From Acidimicrobiales bacterium (lineage in GTDB: Bacteria > Actinomycetota > Acidimicrobiia > Acidimicrobiales > Aldehydirespiratoraceae): a DNA stretch of 64,000 nucleotides. This document shows, one piece after another, positions 11,569-20,497 of this stretch (positions are counted from its first letter, which is position 1; each line of letters begins with the position of its first letter). The notes under the pieces are model-generated. The model made no database searches and was not told where the DNA came from. It saw only the letters and a program-made list of their open reading frames with translations. The stretch covers positions 11,978-75,977 of the forward strand of contig JAJCXW010000200.1 of NCBI GenBank assembly GCA_029263235.1, in the 5' to 3' direction. Made by a program: the position numbers and the translations under genes.

Positions 11569-12569
11569 CAGTCGGGGGCGTGCTCACTGGTGGCGGGTCG
11601 ACGGACCAGTCCACGGTAGGCATCGGTGGCGCTCCGGCCCTCTTCGACCACGGCCCTCATCTCCTCGGCGATCGGCATGCTCACGCCATGGATCCGGCCC
11701 AGTTCGCAGACAATCGGAGCCGACTTCACGCCCTCCGCGACCTGATTCATCTCTTCGATGATCTCGTCGAGGGGACGCCCGCGGCCAAGCTGCTCGCCGA
11801 CGTATCGGTTGCGACTCTGCGGGCTGATACAGGTAGCGATCAGATCGCCGAGACCAGCCAGACCGGCGAACGTGGCAGCCTCACCACCCATCGCCACTCC
11901 CAGACGGGTCAGTTCCGCCAGTCCTCGGGTGATCACCGCGGCGCGGGTGTTGTCGCCGGTCTCGAGACCGTCGGCCATGCCAGCGGCGAGGGCGATCACG
12001 TTCTTGAGGGCCCCTCCGAGCTCGCTGCCGATCACGTCCTGGTTGGTGTAGACCCGGAACAGTTGCGATGAGAACACGTCCTGTAGTCGCACGGCAATCG
12101 TGGGGTCGGTCATCGCCACCACTGCGGCGGCGGCGTTGCCGGCAAGAATCTCCTTGGCCAGGTTGGGTCCGGTGAGAACACCGACCGGATGACCGGGCAA
12201 CTCCTCCTCGGCCAGTTCGGTCATGCGCTTTCCGGTTCCGAGTTCGAGGCCCTTGGCCAATGACACGACCGGCACCCACGGCCGGAGGTAGGGCGCGACG
12301 TCTCGAAGCGTGTCCCGGAACCCCTTCGAGGGCACTCCCATCACCAGCAGATCGGCGGCTCCCACCACCGACGCCAGGTCGGTCGAGGAAGTGAGGCCGG
12401 GGTGGAGCTTGTATCCCTCGAGGTAGCGGGGGTTCTCGTGGTCCGAATTGATCGCGGCGGCGACATCCTCGCGGCGGCTGTGAAGAACCGTCTCGGTGTT
12501 GTGGGCGCACAGATGGGCGACGGTGGTGCCCCAGGACCCGGCTCCGATCACGGCTACTCGTATGTGCAT
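11568..12569 (-). CDS. gpsA: NAD(P)H-dependent glycerol-3-phosphate dehydrogenase
   Basis: MHIRVAVIGAGSWGTTVA (GxGxxG), GALKNVIALAAG, later conserved blocks. ATG at 12569. The upstream part of the 392-aa ORF was rejected. Confidence 0.9.
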   Translation of the reverse strand: MHIRVAVIGAGSWGTTVAHLCAHNTETVLHSRREDVAAAINSDHENPRYLEGYKLHPGLTSSTDLASVVGAADLLVMGVPSKGFRDTLRDVAPYLRPWVPVVSLAKGLELGTGKRMTELAEEELPGHPVGVLTGPNLAKEILAGNAAAAVVAMTDPTIAVRLQDVFSSQLFRVYTNQDVIGSELGGALKNVIALAAGMADGLETGDNTRAAVITRGLAELTRLGVAMGGEAATFAGLAGLGDLIATCISPQSRNRYVGEQLGRGRPLDEIIEEMNQVAEGVKSAPIVCELGRIHGVSMPIAEEMRAVVEEGRSATDAYRGLVRRPATSEHAPD

Positions 12570-12623
12570 CCAGTCACCATAGACGGACCCGACCCAGCCG
12601 GCCCTGGCCCATAGACTTTCCAC

Positions 12624-13310
12624 GTGACTCCAGACATCGCAGGCACAACAGGCAGAGCAGGCAGAGTCGTGTTGATTCCGATCAGATCGTTTGACGATGC
12701 CAAGTCGCGTCTGGCTGGTGCACTGTCGGCCGAGGATCGACGCCACCTGGCGCGGGCAATGGCCGAGGTCGTGGTGAGAGCGGCCCGCGATCTACCCGTA
12801 TGGATCGTGACCGACAACGCCGATGTGGCTGAGTGGGCACCAACGGTCGACGCCAAGGCAGTGGCGGTCGACCGCACCGGACTCACGAGTTCGATCGCCG
12901 CGGCTACCCAGATGGCTTCGGATCAGGGGTTCGCCCGCACGATCATCGCCCATGGCGACCTTCCCTACGCCGTTGATCTCACCATCGTCGATGGGCCCGG
13001 CCTGGCCATCTCCCCCGACCGGCGGCGCGACGGCTCCAACGTGCTGTCGGTCCCGACCGATGCGGGGTTTCGCTTTGCCTACGGTCCGGGTTCGTTCCAC
13101 GCTCACCTAGCCGAGGCCGACCGCCTCGGACTCGTGGTCAATGTCGTCGACATCCCCGGTCTGGCGTGGGACATCGACGATCCGGAGGACCTGCCCCCCG
13201 ACTGGGCCGAGCTGATTGTCAGAAGCCAGTCGGGAGCCAGCCAGCCGGACCAGCCCAGCCAGCCGGGCCAGACCAGCCAAGCAAGAGAGGCCGACCACGG
13301 TGCGAATTGA
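12624..13310 (+). CDS. cofC: 2-phospho-L-lactate/EPPG guanylyltransferase (F420 biosynthesis, CofC/FbiD)
   Basis: VVLIPIRSFDDAKSRL, AHGDLP, DRRRDGSNVL and FRFAYGPGSFHAHL are typical CofC blocks. GTG start. S/Q/P-rich tail. Confidence 0.8.
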   Translation: MTPDIAGTTGRAGRVVLIPIRSFDDAKSRLAGALSAEDRRHLARAMAEVVVRAARDLPVWIVTDNADVAEWAPTVDAKAVAVDRTGLTSSIAAATQMASDQGFARTIIAHGDLPYAVDLTIVDGPGLAISPDRRRDGSNVLSVPTDAGFRFAYGPGSFHAHLAEADRLGLVVNVVDIPGLAWDIDDPEDLPPDWAELIVRSQSGASQPDQPSQPGQTSQAREADHGAN

Positions 13311-14043
13311 TCTACCAGTACCGGAGGTCGCCTTGGCGATCGCCGCCCATCCCGACGATGTCGAGTTCGACTGCGGCGCCACCTTCGCCAAGTGGTCGGA
13401 GGCCGGAACGGTCGTTCATCACCTCATCTGCACCGACGGATCGAAGGGGTCGTGGGATTCGTCGGTCGACACCGCTGCTCTGGTTGCGCTGCGCCGCGTC
13501 GAGCAATCGGAGGCGGCCCGCCGTCTGGGCTCGACCGGTGAGGTTCGGTTCCTCGAGCAGGTCGACGGGGAACTCGGCCATGGCCTCGATCTGCGGGGCG
13601 AGGTTGCCCGGGTCATACGCGAGCTGAAGCCGCAGGTCGTGCTGGGGCACGATCCCTGGCGTCGTTGGAGAATCCACCCCGACCATCGCGCCGCCGGCTG
13701 GCTCGCTGTCGAGGGAGTCGTGGCGGCACGAGACCCTCACTTCTATCCCGAGCAAGGAATCGCTCATCATCGGCCCGACTCGCTTCTCTTGTTCGACACC
13801 GACGGCGCCGACCACGTCGAGATGGTCGCTCAGCGCCATGTCGATGCCAAGATCGATGCGTTGCTGGCCCACGAGAGCCAGTTCGAGACCACGTTGTACA
13901 TCGATCTGGCCGAGGACGATGCCGACAAGCAGACCTCTCAGTCGGCCGAATTCGGTAAGCGAATGATCGACGAGTGCCGCGAGGCCGGCCGCCTGGCCGG
14001 TGTGCCTCTCGCCGAAGCATTCCATCTCATCGACGACATCTGA
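13300..14043 (+). CDS. PIG-L/LmbE-family N-acetylglucosaminyl deacetylase
   Basis: AIAAHPDDVEFDCG and HPDHRAAG motifs. The in-frame GTG at 13300 overlaps the cofC stop by 11 nt. Confidence 0.8.
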   Translation: MRIDLPVPEVALAIAAHPDDVEFDCGATFAKWSEAGTVVHHLICTDGSKGSWDSSVDTAALVALRRVEQSEAARRLGSTGEVRFLEQVDGELGHGLDLRGEVARVIRELKPQVVLGHDPWRRWRIHPDHRAAGWLAVEGVVAARDPHFYPEQGIAHHRPDSLLLFDTDGADHVEMVAQRHVDAKIDALLAHESQFETTLYIDLAEDDADKQTSQSAEFGKRMIDECREAGRLAGVPLAEAFHLIDDI

Positions 14044-14106
14044 ATCCCACAAACGACAGGATCGGCATTGTCTGAGATGGTGCCAGTGCCGGCACCGTTT
14101 GATTAG

Positions 14107-14141
14107 GCCAAGCCAAGCCAAGCCAAGTCAGGTCAGGTCAG
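14107..14141. repeat. Back-to-back pentanucleotide arrays (GCCAA)4(GTCAG)3
   Basis: Read directly. On the minus strand (CTGAC)3 gives a TGA in all three frames, and the last one is the stop of the hydrolase gene. Confidence 0.95.
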
Positions 14142-15034
14142 CGAGCGAGCAGGTCGTCGATCAGGCCGGCCATCTCTATGGGCTTGTCGCCCTGGATCGA
14201 ATGTCCGGCCCCGGCGACCACGATGTGGACCGTGTCGGGGCGTCGCCTCATCCATTCCTCGACATCTTCTTCGCCGACCACACTCCACTTCCCGCCCTGC
14301 CAGAGGGTGATCGGTACCTGAACCATGTCGACCTCCGCCCACAGGTCGCTGAACGCCACTGGATTGTCATTGCCTGCAGCAGAATCAGCTCTGATGCGGT
14401 CCCAGCGCCAGGTCCAACGACCGTCGGCCATCTCGTAGGCGTTGTGGAGCACTCCTCGCCGGAGCGACTGCTCGCTGCGGCCTTTGTTGAACTCGATGGT
14501 TCGGCCGAGGATCTCATCGAAGTCGGCGAAGTACTCGGGGCCATCGACAAAGGCGACGATCGGCTCGGCTTTGGCCCGGTCGGTGCCAGGGGTGACGTCG
14601 ACGACACCGAGTCGCCGAACCAGCTCGGGATGTTCGGCCGCCAGACAGATGGCGGTCATCCCACCCAACGACATGCCGACCACGGCCTCGGCCTCCGGCG
14701 CCAGTTGCCGGACCATCACCGCGATGTCGTCGGCCATGTCGATCGGTGAATAGGAGTGGCTGGGCCGATGATCGGAGTGTCCGTGGCCGGGAAGATCGAT
14801 CGCCAACAGCGGCCGACCGAGCGCCAAGGCAACGGTGTCCCAGGTGTGAGCATTCTGCGCACCGCCGTGTATGAGCACGACCTCGGGTGGCTCTGTCCCC
14901 CAGACCAGAGCGGAGAGACCGATTCCCGACGCCAGCATGATCGTCTCGCGCCGAACCGAAGGCGGGCCGTCGAAAGCGATGTCGTACTCCTCGGCGTTCT
15001 CGTGGAACATTCCGAACTCGTCGTATGCGGCCAT
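14138..15034 (-). CDS. Alpha/beta-fold hydrolase
   Basis: VVLIHGGAQNAHTWD, nucleophile elbow GMSLGG, C-terminal GAGHSIQ. Confidence 0.8.
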   Translation of the reverse strand: MAAYDEFGMFHENAEEYDIAFDGPPSVRRETIMLASGIGLSALVWGTEPPEVVLIHGGAQNAHTWDTVALALGRPLLAIDLPGHGHSDHRPSHSYSPIDMADDIAVMVRQLAPEAEAVVGMSLGGMTAICLAAEHPELVRRLGVVDVTPGTDRAKAEPIVAFVDGPEYFADFDEILGRTIEFNKGRSEQSLRRGVLHNAYEMADGRWTWRWDRIRADSAAGNDNPVAFSDLWAEVDMVQVPITLWQGGKWSVVGEEDVEEWMRRRPDTVHIVVAGAGHSIQGDKPIEMAGLIDDLLAR

Positions 15035-15043
15035 ATCGGGACG

Positions 15044-16249
15044 CTAGCCCGGCTTCGCTGGCCGCCGGCCGGTTGGCCGACAGACCCAGGTGCCGTCGGA
15101 TTGTCGGTGCAAACGGATGTGGCCCTCGTGGAGCAGCGTGTGACACCGGGGGCACAGAAGAACCAGCATGTCGAGGTCGGTGTTGCCGCCCTCTTGCCAT
15201 TCGCGAACATGGTGGGTGTGGCAGCGGTTGGTCGGGGCGTTGCAGTTGACGCAGCCGCCGTCTCTCACCGAGGCCATCAGCCGTTGTGAGCCGTTGGCGA
15301 GCCGACGGCTTCGTCCGACCCACAGCGGCCGGCCCGGCCCATTGAACAGTGCGCCCTGCCAGGTGGTGTCGGCGGGCAGATGGTCGAGCACCATGGCGGG
15401 GATGGGCCCGGAATCGAGGATCTCGCATCGCCCCTCAGGATTGGTGCCGTCGACGACTCCAACGTCGGCGACGACAACGACCGTGGTGACCACTCGGCCG
15501 GACTTCGGAGACGATTCGGTGTTGTCGGGCGGGTGCGAACTGGCCGCACCGAGGAGCCTCGCCACCGCGTCGCACCTACGTTGGGCGGGAGTGCGGATGT
15601 CGTCTGGACAGCCGTCGCGGCCTCCGTCGCTTCGCCACAGCGCATCGGTCTCGGCATCGAGCCGGGCCAGCGCTCCGGCCCCGGCGACCGGATCGAACTC
15701 GGCGTGCACGACGACCATTCCGCCGTCGCCGGTGAACCAGCATCCCTGACGCTCCTGAATCTGACCCTGCAGAACCTTCTCGAGGTCGGCGGAACTCTGA
15801 CGGCCACGAGTCCAGTTTCGAATCTCGCGGGCTGCCATGTCGGCGGGCCGTGAGCCAACGAGATCGAGCAGCTTGGTGTCGGCATCGACGGCTTCGGCGC
15901 CAGCGGACTCGGCGGCACGAACCAGAGAGTCGACCGCCTCGACCGGAATGAGTCCGGCCTCGAGGCCCTCGGACACGTTGGGCATCGCTGCCAGGGTCTC
16001 GGCTCGGCGACTCCTCTTCTTGGCCTCGCGGTCGCTGCAATGGGTGGCGGACCTCAAGACCACCGCGGCATCGGCGCCACGATCGCCGAGCTGGGAGATC
16101 GCACCGGCGAACCGAGCCTCGACGGCATCGAGCGTGCCACGTAGTCGGCCGAGCGCCGACAGTCCGTCGACCAGCCCACCACGAGACAGCCCAGCCGGAG
16201 ACAGGGCACGCACCTCCTCGGTAACCCGATCGAAGACGTCATCGAACAT
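15044..16249 (-). CDS. DUF222-domain HNH endonuclease (13E12-repeat-like family)
   Basis: N-terminal DUF222-like helical region (LDAVEARFAG..., PNVSEGLEAGLIPVEAV). C-terminal HNH: CNAPTNRCHTHHVREWQEGGNTDLDMLVLLCPRCHTLLH. ATG at 16249. Confidence 0.8.
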   Translation of the reverse strand: MFDDVFDRVTEEVRALSPAGLSRGGLVDGLSALGRLRGTLDAVEARFAGAISQLGDRGADAAVVLRSATHCSDREAKKRSRRAETLAAMPNVSEGLEAGLIPVEAVDSLVRAAESAGAEAVDADTKLLDLVGSRPADMAAREIRNWTRGRQSSADLEKVLQGQIQERQGCWFTGDGGMVVVHAEFDPVAGAGALARLDAETDALWRSDGGRDGCPDDIRTPAQRRCDAVARLLGAASSHPPDNTESSPKSGRVVTTVVVVADVGVVDGTNPEGRCEILDSGPIPAMVLDHLPADTTWQGALFNGPGRPLWVGRSRRLANGSQRLMASVRDGGCVNCNAPTNRCHTHHVREWQEGGNTDLDMLVLLCPRCHTLLHEGHIRLHRQSDGTWVCRPTGRRPAKPG

Positions 16250-16300
16250 GTGTACGACACTAAGGAAGAGGTGTGACATTCTCGGCTGGCGGGTCGAAAT

Positions 16301-16894
16301 ATGTTGATGTGTGTCAACCCAGCGACCGTGGCTCTGCGTGATACTCCCGTGGATGCGGATCAGACCGAACTCGATCAGCGCGAACACGCGCTCGTGACCG
16401 AGCCCGTTGATGTGATCGGGTTCGACGACTGGTACCGCCGCGAGTTTCGCCCGGTGGTCGCACTGGTGTTCACACTGTCCGGTAGCTCGGGCGCCGCCGA
16501 AGAGCTTGCCCAGGACGCGTTCATCGAAGCGCACCGGCGCTGGAAGTCGATCTCCGGCTACGACGACCCCGGTGCATGGGTCCGCAAAGTGGCCATGAAC
16601 AAGGCCCGCTCAAGACTCCGCCGCCGAGCCGCCGAGGCCCGGGCCTACGCCCGCCACGCCGGCAGGCACCGCCAGCTCCCTCACGAGATGACCGACCCCG
16701 CCACCGAGTTCTGGAACGAGGTGAGGGCACTTCCCCGCCAGCAGACGGCAGTCGTGGCCCTCCACTATCTCGACAACCGCCCGGTCACCGAAATCGCCGC
16801 GATTCTCGGCATCTCGCCAGGAACCGTCAAGACCCACATGCATCGCGCCCGCGCCACTCTCGCCACTCGCCTCGACTGCTCGGAGGAGATATGA
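16301..16894 (+). CDS. ECF-type sigma-70 family RNA polymerase sigma factor
   Basis: Region 2 (AEELAQDAFIEAHRRW, DPGAWVRKVAMN) and region 4 HTH (VTEIAAILGISPGTVKTHMHRARATL). The start is uncertain (TTG 16301, ATG 16304, or later). Confidence 0.85.
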   Translation: MLMCVNPATVALRDTPVDADQTELDQREHALVTEPVDVIGFDDWYRREFRPVVALVFTLSGSSGAAEELAQDAFIEAHRRWKSISGYDDPGAWVRKVAMNKARSRLRRRAAEARAYARHAGRHRQLPHEMTDPATEFWNEVRALPRQQTAVVALHYLDNRPVTEIAAILGISPGTVKTHMHRARATLATRLDCSEEI

Positions 16895-18009
16895 ATCGCC
16901 TGGAGGATCTCGCCCACCATTCCGTCGGATCGGCTCACGACAGCGTGGCGGACCTGCCCATTCCTCCGACACCGGGCCAAGGCACGTCGCGCCGCGTGGC
17001 AGCCGCAGCGGTGGCCCTCGCCGGCGCAGCCGCAATCATCGCGCTGATCGCCTCTTCGGGTGGCGGTCAGACCCCGGTGGACGTCACCGCCTCGCCGACA
17101 TCGCTTCCCGGGAACACCACCAGCGCACTTCCCGCCGCCGATGGAGGCCCCTACTTCGAGTTCGACGTACCAGAGGGCTGGACTCTCACGGTTCGCACAG
17201 GCACCAACGATCCGGCGGGGATCGCGAGAGTCAGTGCCTCCCAGTTCTACGGCGCCGGCTCCGGGAATCTTCCATTCAGGGATGCCGACCTGGCGATCAC
17301 AATCATCGAACTTCCCGAACGTATTGGCCAGGACGAGTCGGTTGGTGGTGACGTCATCGTCCGCGGTCACTCAGGCGCGTCCTCCAGTGAAGCCGGAGGT
17401 CTCGAGTCGATACGTTGGTTTGAGCGTGGGAATCTCATGCTCGGGTTACGGTCGCAACACTACGACGCCAACGAGATGATCGGGATCGCCGCCAGCATCT
17501 CCGTCGACGGCTTCAGCGTGACACTCCCGGATCCGCCCGACAGCTTGGCGCTCGTCGCCTCGATCGGATGGTCGAACTCCGACGAGTCACATCTCACTGA
17601 TATCTGGGCCATCTCCATCACCGATCCCGACTCTCGGACGAGCATGCTCCTGTCCTCGATTCAGACACATTCCGGGCTGCTCGAACTCGACACCTATCCA
17701 GATCCATCTACAAGGAGGGTCGAGGTCGCCGTGCGCGGCACGCTGGGCGTGCTGGGGCGAGAAACTCCCGACGCGAGCGGACAGGAATCGTCCTCCATTC
17801 TCTGGATTGAGGAAGGCCAGGCAATGATCCTCACCATTGATGGAGCCGGCGATCCCGTGGACGTTGCCAACTCACTCCATCGAATCAGCAGGACTCGATT
17901 CGAGGAGCTGCTCGCCGCCCATCCGGCTCCGATGAGCATCAATCCCCTCGTTCCGTCAGCCGAACCCGATCCCGTTGATTCGTCAGTCAAAGAGGATCAA
18001 ACCCCCTGA
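16891..18009 (+). CDS. Sigma-coupled single-pass membrane protein (putative atypical anti-sigma) with two DUF4367-like modules
   Basis: ATGA overlap with the sigma stop. About 35-aa cytoplasmic head, TM AAAAVALAGAAAIIALIA, then two similar modules (VIVRG...SIRWFERGNLMLGL and VAVRG...SILWIEEGQAMILTI). Confidence 0.6.
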   Translation: MNRLEDLAHHSVGSAHDSVADLPIPPTPGQGTSRRVAAAAVALAGAAAIIALIASSGGGQTPVDVTASPTSLPGNTTSALPAADGGPYFEFDVPEGWTLTVRTGTNDPAGIARVSASQFYGAGSGNLPFRDADLAITIIELPERIGQDESVGGDVIVRGHSGASSSEAGGLESIRWFERGNLMLGLRSQHYDANEMIGIAASISVDGFSVTLPDPPDSLALVASIGWSNSDESHLTDIWAISITDPDSRTSMLLSSIQTHSGLLELDTYPDPSTRRVEVAVRGTLGVLGRETPDASGQESSSILWIEEGQAMILTIDGAGDPVDVANSLHRISRTRFEELLAAHPAPMSINPLVPSAEPDPVDSSVKEDQTP

Positions 18010-18023
18010 GACCCTCCGCCGAC

Positions 18024-18875
18024 TCAGCCGGCGGCGGCTCGGCTGCTTCGCCTCACCCGGCGGGTGGCGGCGCCGACCACCGGGTCCCAGCCGAACATCC
18101 TCCATGCCACGAGCGCTCCGATCGCAGCCCAGATCACCATCACCCCGAGATGCCCCCACTCGATGGCGGGCGCCTCGCTGAACGGGCTCATGGCCTCGCC
18201 GAACGACAGCGCGAAGTGTTTGAGCGGGAAGACGTTTCCCAGCAACTCGAGCCAGTCGGGTACATCACGCGACTCGCCCAGGCTGACGAACACCTGCGAC
18301 ACGAATGCCAACGGAAGGATCGTGGAGTTGGCGATTCCGGGAGCGGCTGCGGCCGACCTGGCGACAGCCGCCAACGCCACGCCGAGGAGGGCGAAGCAGA
18401 TGGTGCCGACCACGAAGGCAAGAGCAGCGGCCGGCATCTTCGCCGCCTCGATGTTGACGTCGTAGGCCAGGACTCCGAGGCCGACCATCACCACGGTGGA
18501 AACGAAAGCGATCCACACCCCCGACAGGACCACTCCGGCGAGATACATCCACGGTGGCAGCGGCGTGCCACGCACCCTCTTCAGGATTCCTTCGTCGCGG
18601 CGCATCGAGAGATTCATTCCGATGTTGGTGTAGGTCGCGGATGCCGCCGCAAACACGGCCAGACCGGGGGCATAGAACTGAGCCGTCTTCACGCTGCCGT
18701 AGGTGGTGTCGATGGTGTCGTTTCCGAACAGGGCCACGAACAGCACCAGCATGATCATGGGTAGTCCGAGCGTGAAGAACGCCCCGACCGGGACACGCCA
18801 GAAGGCCCGATTCTGAGCCCGGGTCTGCCGCCAGAGCATCGAGACCGTTGAGACCACCGAAATGCGCCCGCTCAT
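18024..18875 (-). CDS. ABC-2 type transporter permease
   Basis: Six predicted TM helices and a 4-nt overlap with the upstream ATPase gene. Confidence 0.8.
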   Translation of the reverse strand: MSGRISVVSTVSMLWRQTRAQNRAFWRVPVGAFFTLGLPMIMLVLFVALFGNDTIDTTYGSVKTAQFYAPGLAVFAAASATYTNIGMNLSMRRDEGILKRVRGTPLPPWMYLAGVVLSGVWIAFVSTVVMVGLGVLAYDVNIEAAKMPAAALAFVVGTICFALLGVALAAVARSAAAAPGIANSTILPLAFVSQVFVSLGESRDVPDWLELLGNVFPLKHFALSFGEAMSPFSEAPAIEWGHLGVMVIWAAIGALVAWRMFGWDPVVGAATRRVRRSSRAAAG

Positions 18876-19798
18876 GATTCGGCCTCGCCGTCGTCCTGGG
18901 CCAGCAGGTCGAGATAGGCATCTTCAAGGCCGCCTCTGCTGACGGTGAGGCCCTCGAGTTCGACCCCTCTGGCCATCGCCCACGATGTGAGGTGAGCCAG
19001 GTCGGCGGTGGGCGAAGGCGTGACGACCTCGATCTCGCGGGACCTTCCGACGACCCTGCCCACCAGTGGTTCGAGGAGGTCGCCGGCGGGACTGTCGACC
19101 AACGGCAGCCGGAACGTGATCTTGGTATCGGTGGATGCGGCGTTTCGAAGATCGTCGGGCGTTCCCACCGCCACGATCCGTCCCTCGTTGAGGACCGCCA
19201 CCCGATCGGCGAGATGTTCGGCCTCGTCGAGGTAGTGGGTGGTGAGCACGATCGTGCGTCCGAGGCTGGTGAGGTTGTCGATCAGTTCCCAGCTGCGTCG
19301 ACGAGCCCCCGGATCGAATCCGGTGGTGGGTTCGTCGAGGAAGATCAGGTCGGGGTCGCCCACCAGACCGAGAGCCAGATCAACCCGCCGCTGTTGGCCG
19401 CCCGACAGCGTGGAGACCCGATCATCGGCCTTTTCGTCGAGCCCCACCAGTTCGATCAACTCGTCGACATCGCGGCGGCGGGTGTACGACGCCCGATAGA
19501 GCTCGAGCACTTCGCGCACTGATAGCTCACGGTCGATTCCGGACGACTGCAGGACGATCCCGAACCGGTCGCGCATGGCACGGCCACCGCTCGCCGGGTC
19601 GAAGCCCAGCACCGAAACCTCGCCTGAGGTCCGCTTACGGTGACCCTCGAGGATCTCGATCGTGGTGGTCTTCCCCGCCCCGTTGGGACCGAGGAGGGCG
19701 AACACCTCTCCCTCTTCGATGTCGAACGACATGCCGTCGACAGCGCGCGACGACCCGTATGTCTTCACGAGGTCGCGGACCTCGATGGCTGCGCTCAT
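18872..19798 (-). CDS. ABC transporter ATP-binding protein (DrrA/CcmA-like)
   Basis: Walker A GPNGAGKTT, signature LSGGQQRR, Walker B LIFLDEPTTGFD. Confidence 0.9.
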   Translation of the reverse strand: MSAAIEVRDLVKTYGSSRAVDGMSFDIEEGEVFALLGPNGAGKTTTIEILEGHRKRTSGEVSVLGFDPASGGRAMRDRFGIVLQSSGIDRELSVREVLELYRASYTRRRDVDELIELVGLDEKADDRVSTLSGGQQRRVDLALGLVGDPDLIFLDEPTTGFDPGARRRSWELIDNLTSLGRTIVLTTHYLDEAEHLADRVAVLNEGRIVAVGTPDDLRNAASTDTKITFRLPLVDSPAGDLLEPLVGRVVGRSREIEVVTPSPTADLAHLTSWAMARGVELEGLTVSRGGLEDAYLDLLAQDDGEAES

Positions 19799-19800
19799 GT

Positions 19801-20418
19801 TCAGCCGAGCGCGGGATTCAACGTGTAGGTGCCGGTGATCGACGACGACGCCAACACCCGGCCCGACATGGCGGCCCGTAGCTCAGCAATGCCGTAGCCG
19901 GTGGCGAGACCCAGCGAGTCGGTGTCGATGGCGTGCACCGAATAGACGTAGTGGTGAACGATCTCGTCGTTGGATGGCGGGCACGGCCCGTCGTAGCCGA
20001 AGTAGGTGCCGCCCATGTCGGGGTCGCCCTCGAACCAGCCGGTGTAGTCGTTGCGGCCGCGAGCACCGCCGCATGCTCCCCCGTCGACCGACTTGCCCCT
20101 CGCCACGATGCCGTCGGCCTCCGCGCCTTCGTCGAGTCCGGTGCACGACGCCGGTATGTCGGCCAGAAGCCAGTGGACGAACTCGACGCGGGGCAGGCTC
20201 GCCGGCACCGTGCGACCCTCGACGTTGACGTCGGTTCCGTCCGACGGGCAGTCGGGGTCTGAGCACGTGATGACGAACGATCGGGTGCCGTCGGGGGCTC
20301 CGGTCCAAGAAATCTTGGGACTCAGGTTGTCGCCCATCTCGGCTCCGGCGCAGAACGCGAATTTCGACGGAATCGGCTCACCGTCGCTGATACCACCAAT
20401 CTGAATCTCGAAGCTCAT
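19801..20418 (-). CDS. YbhB/YbcL-family PEBP (Raf-kinase-inhibitor-like) protein
   Basis: YDGPCPPSNDEIVHHYVYSVHAID. ATG at 20418 is preceded by GGAGGAG. 2 nt separate its stop from the ABC ATPase start. Confidence 0.8.
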   Translation of the reverse strand: MSFEIQIGGISDGEPIPSKFAFCAGAEMGDNLSPKISWTGAPDGTRSFVITCSDPDCPSDGTDVNVEGRTVPASLPRVEFVHWLLADIPASCTGLDEGAEADGIVARGKSVDGGACGGARGRNDYTGWFEGDPDMGGTYFGYDGPCPPSNDEIVHHYVYSVHAIDTDSLGLATGYGIAELRAAMSGRVLASSSITGTYTLNPALG

Positions 20419-20497
20419 GTCTCCTCCTTCGTCGACACTCCGCAATCTAGCCACCCGGCGACCCCCACAACGGAGCGGGCTCCGGCATCATGTACCG

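Noticed and set aside
14514-15428. 304-aa minus-strand ORF overlapping the hydrolase and HNH genes
   Set aside because: Arg-rich (runs of R/G/P), out of frame with two genes that have clear catalytic motifs.
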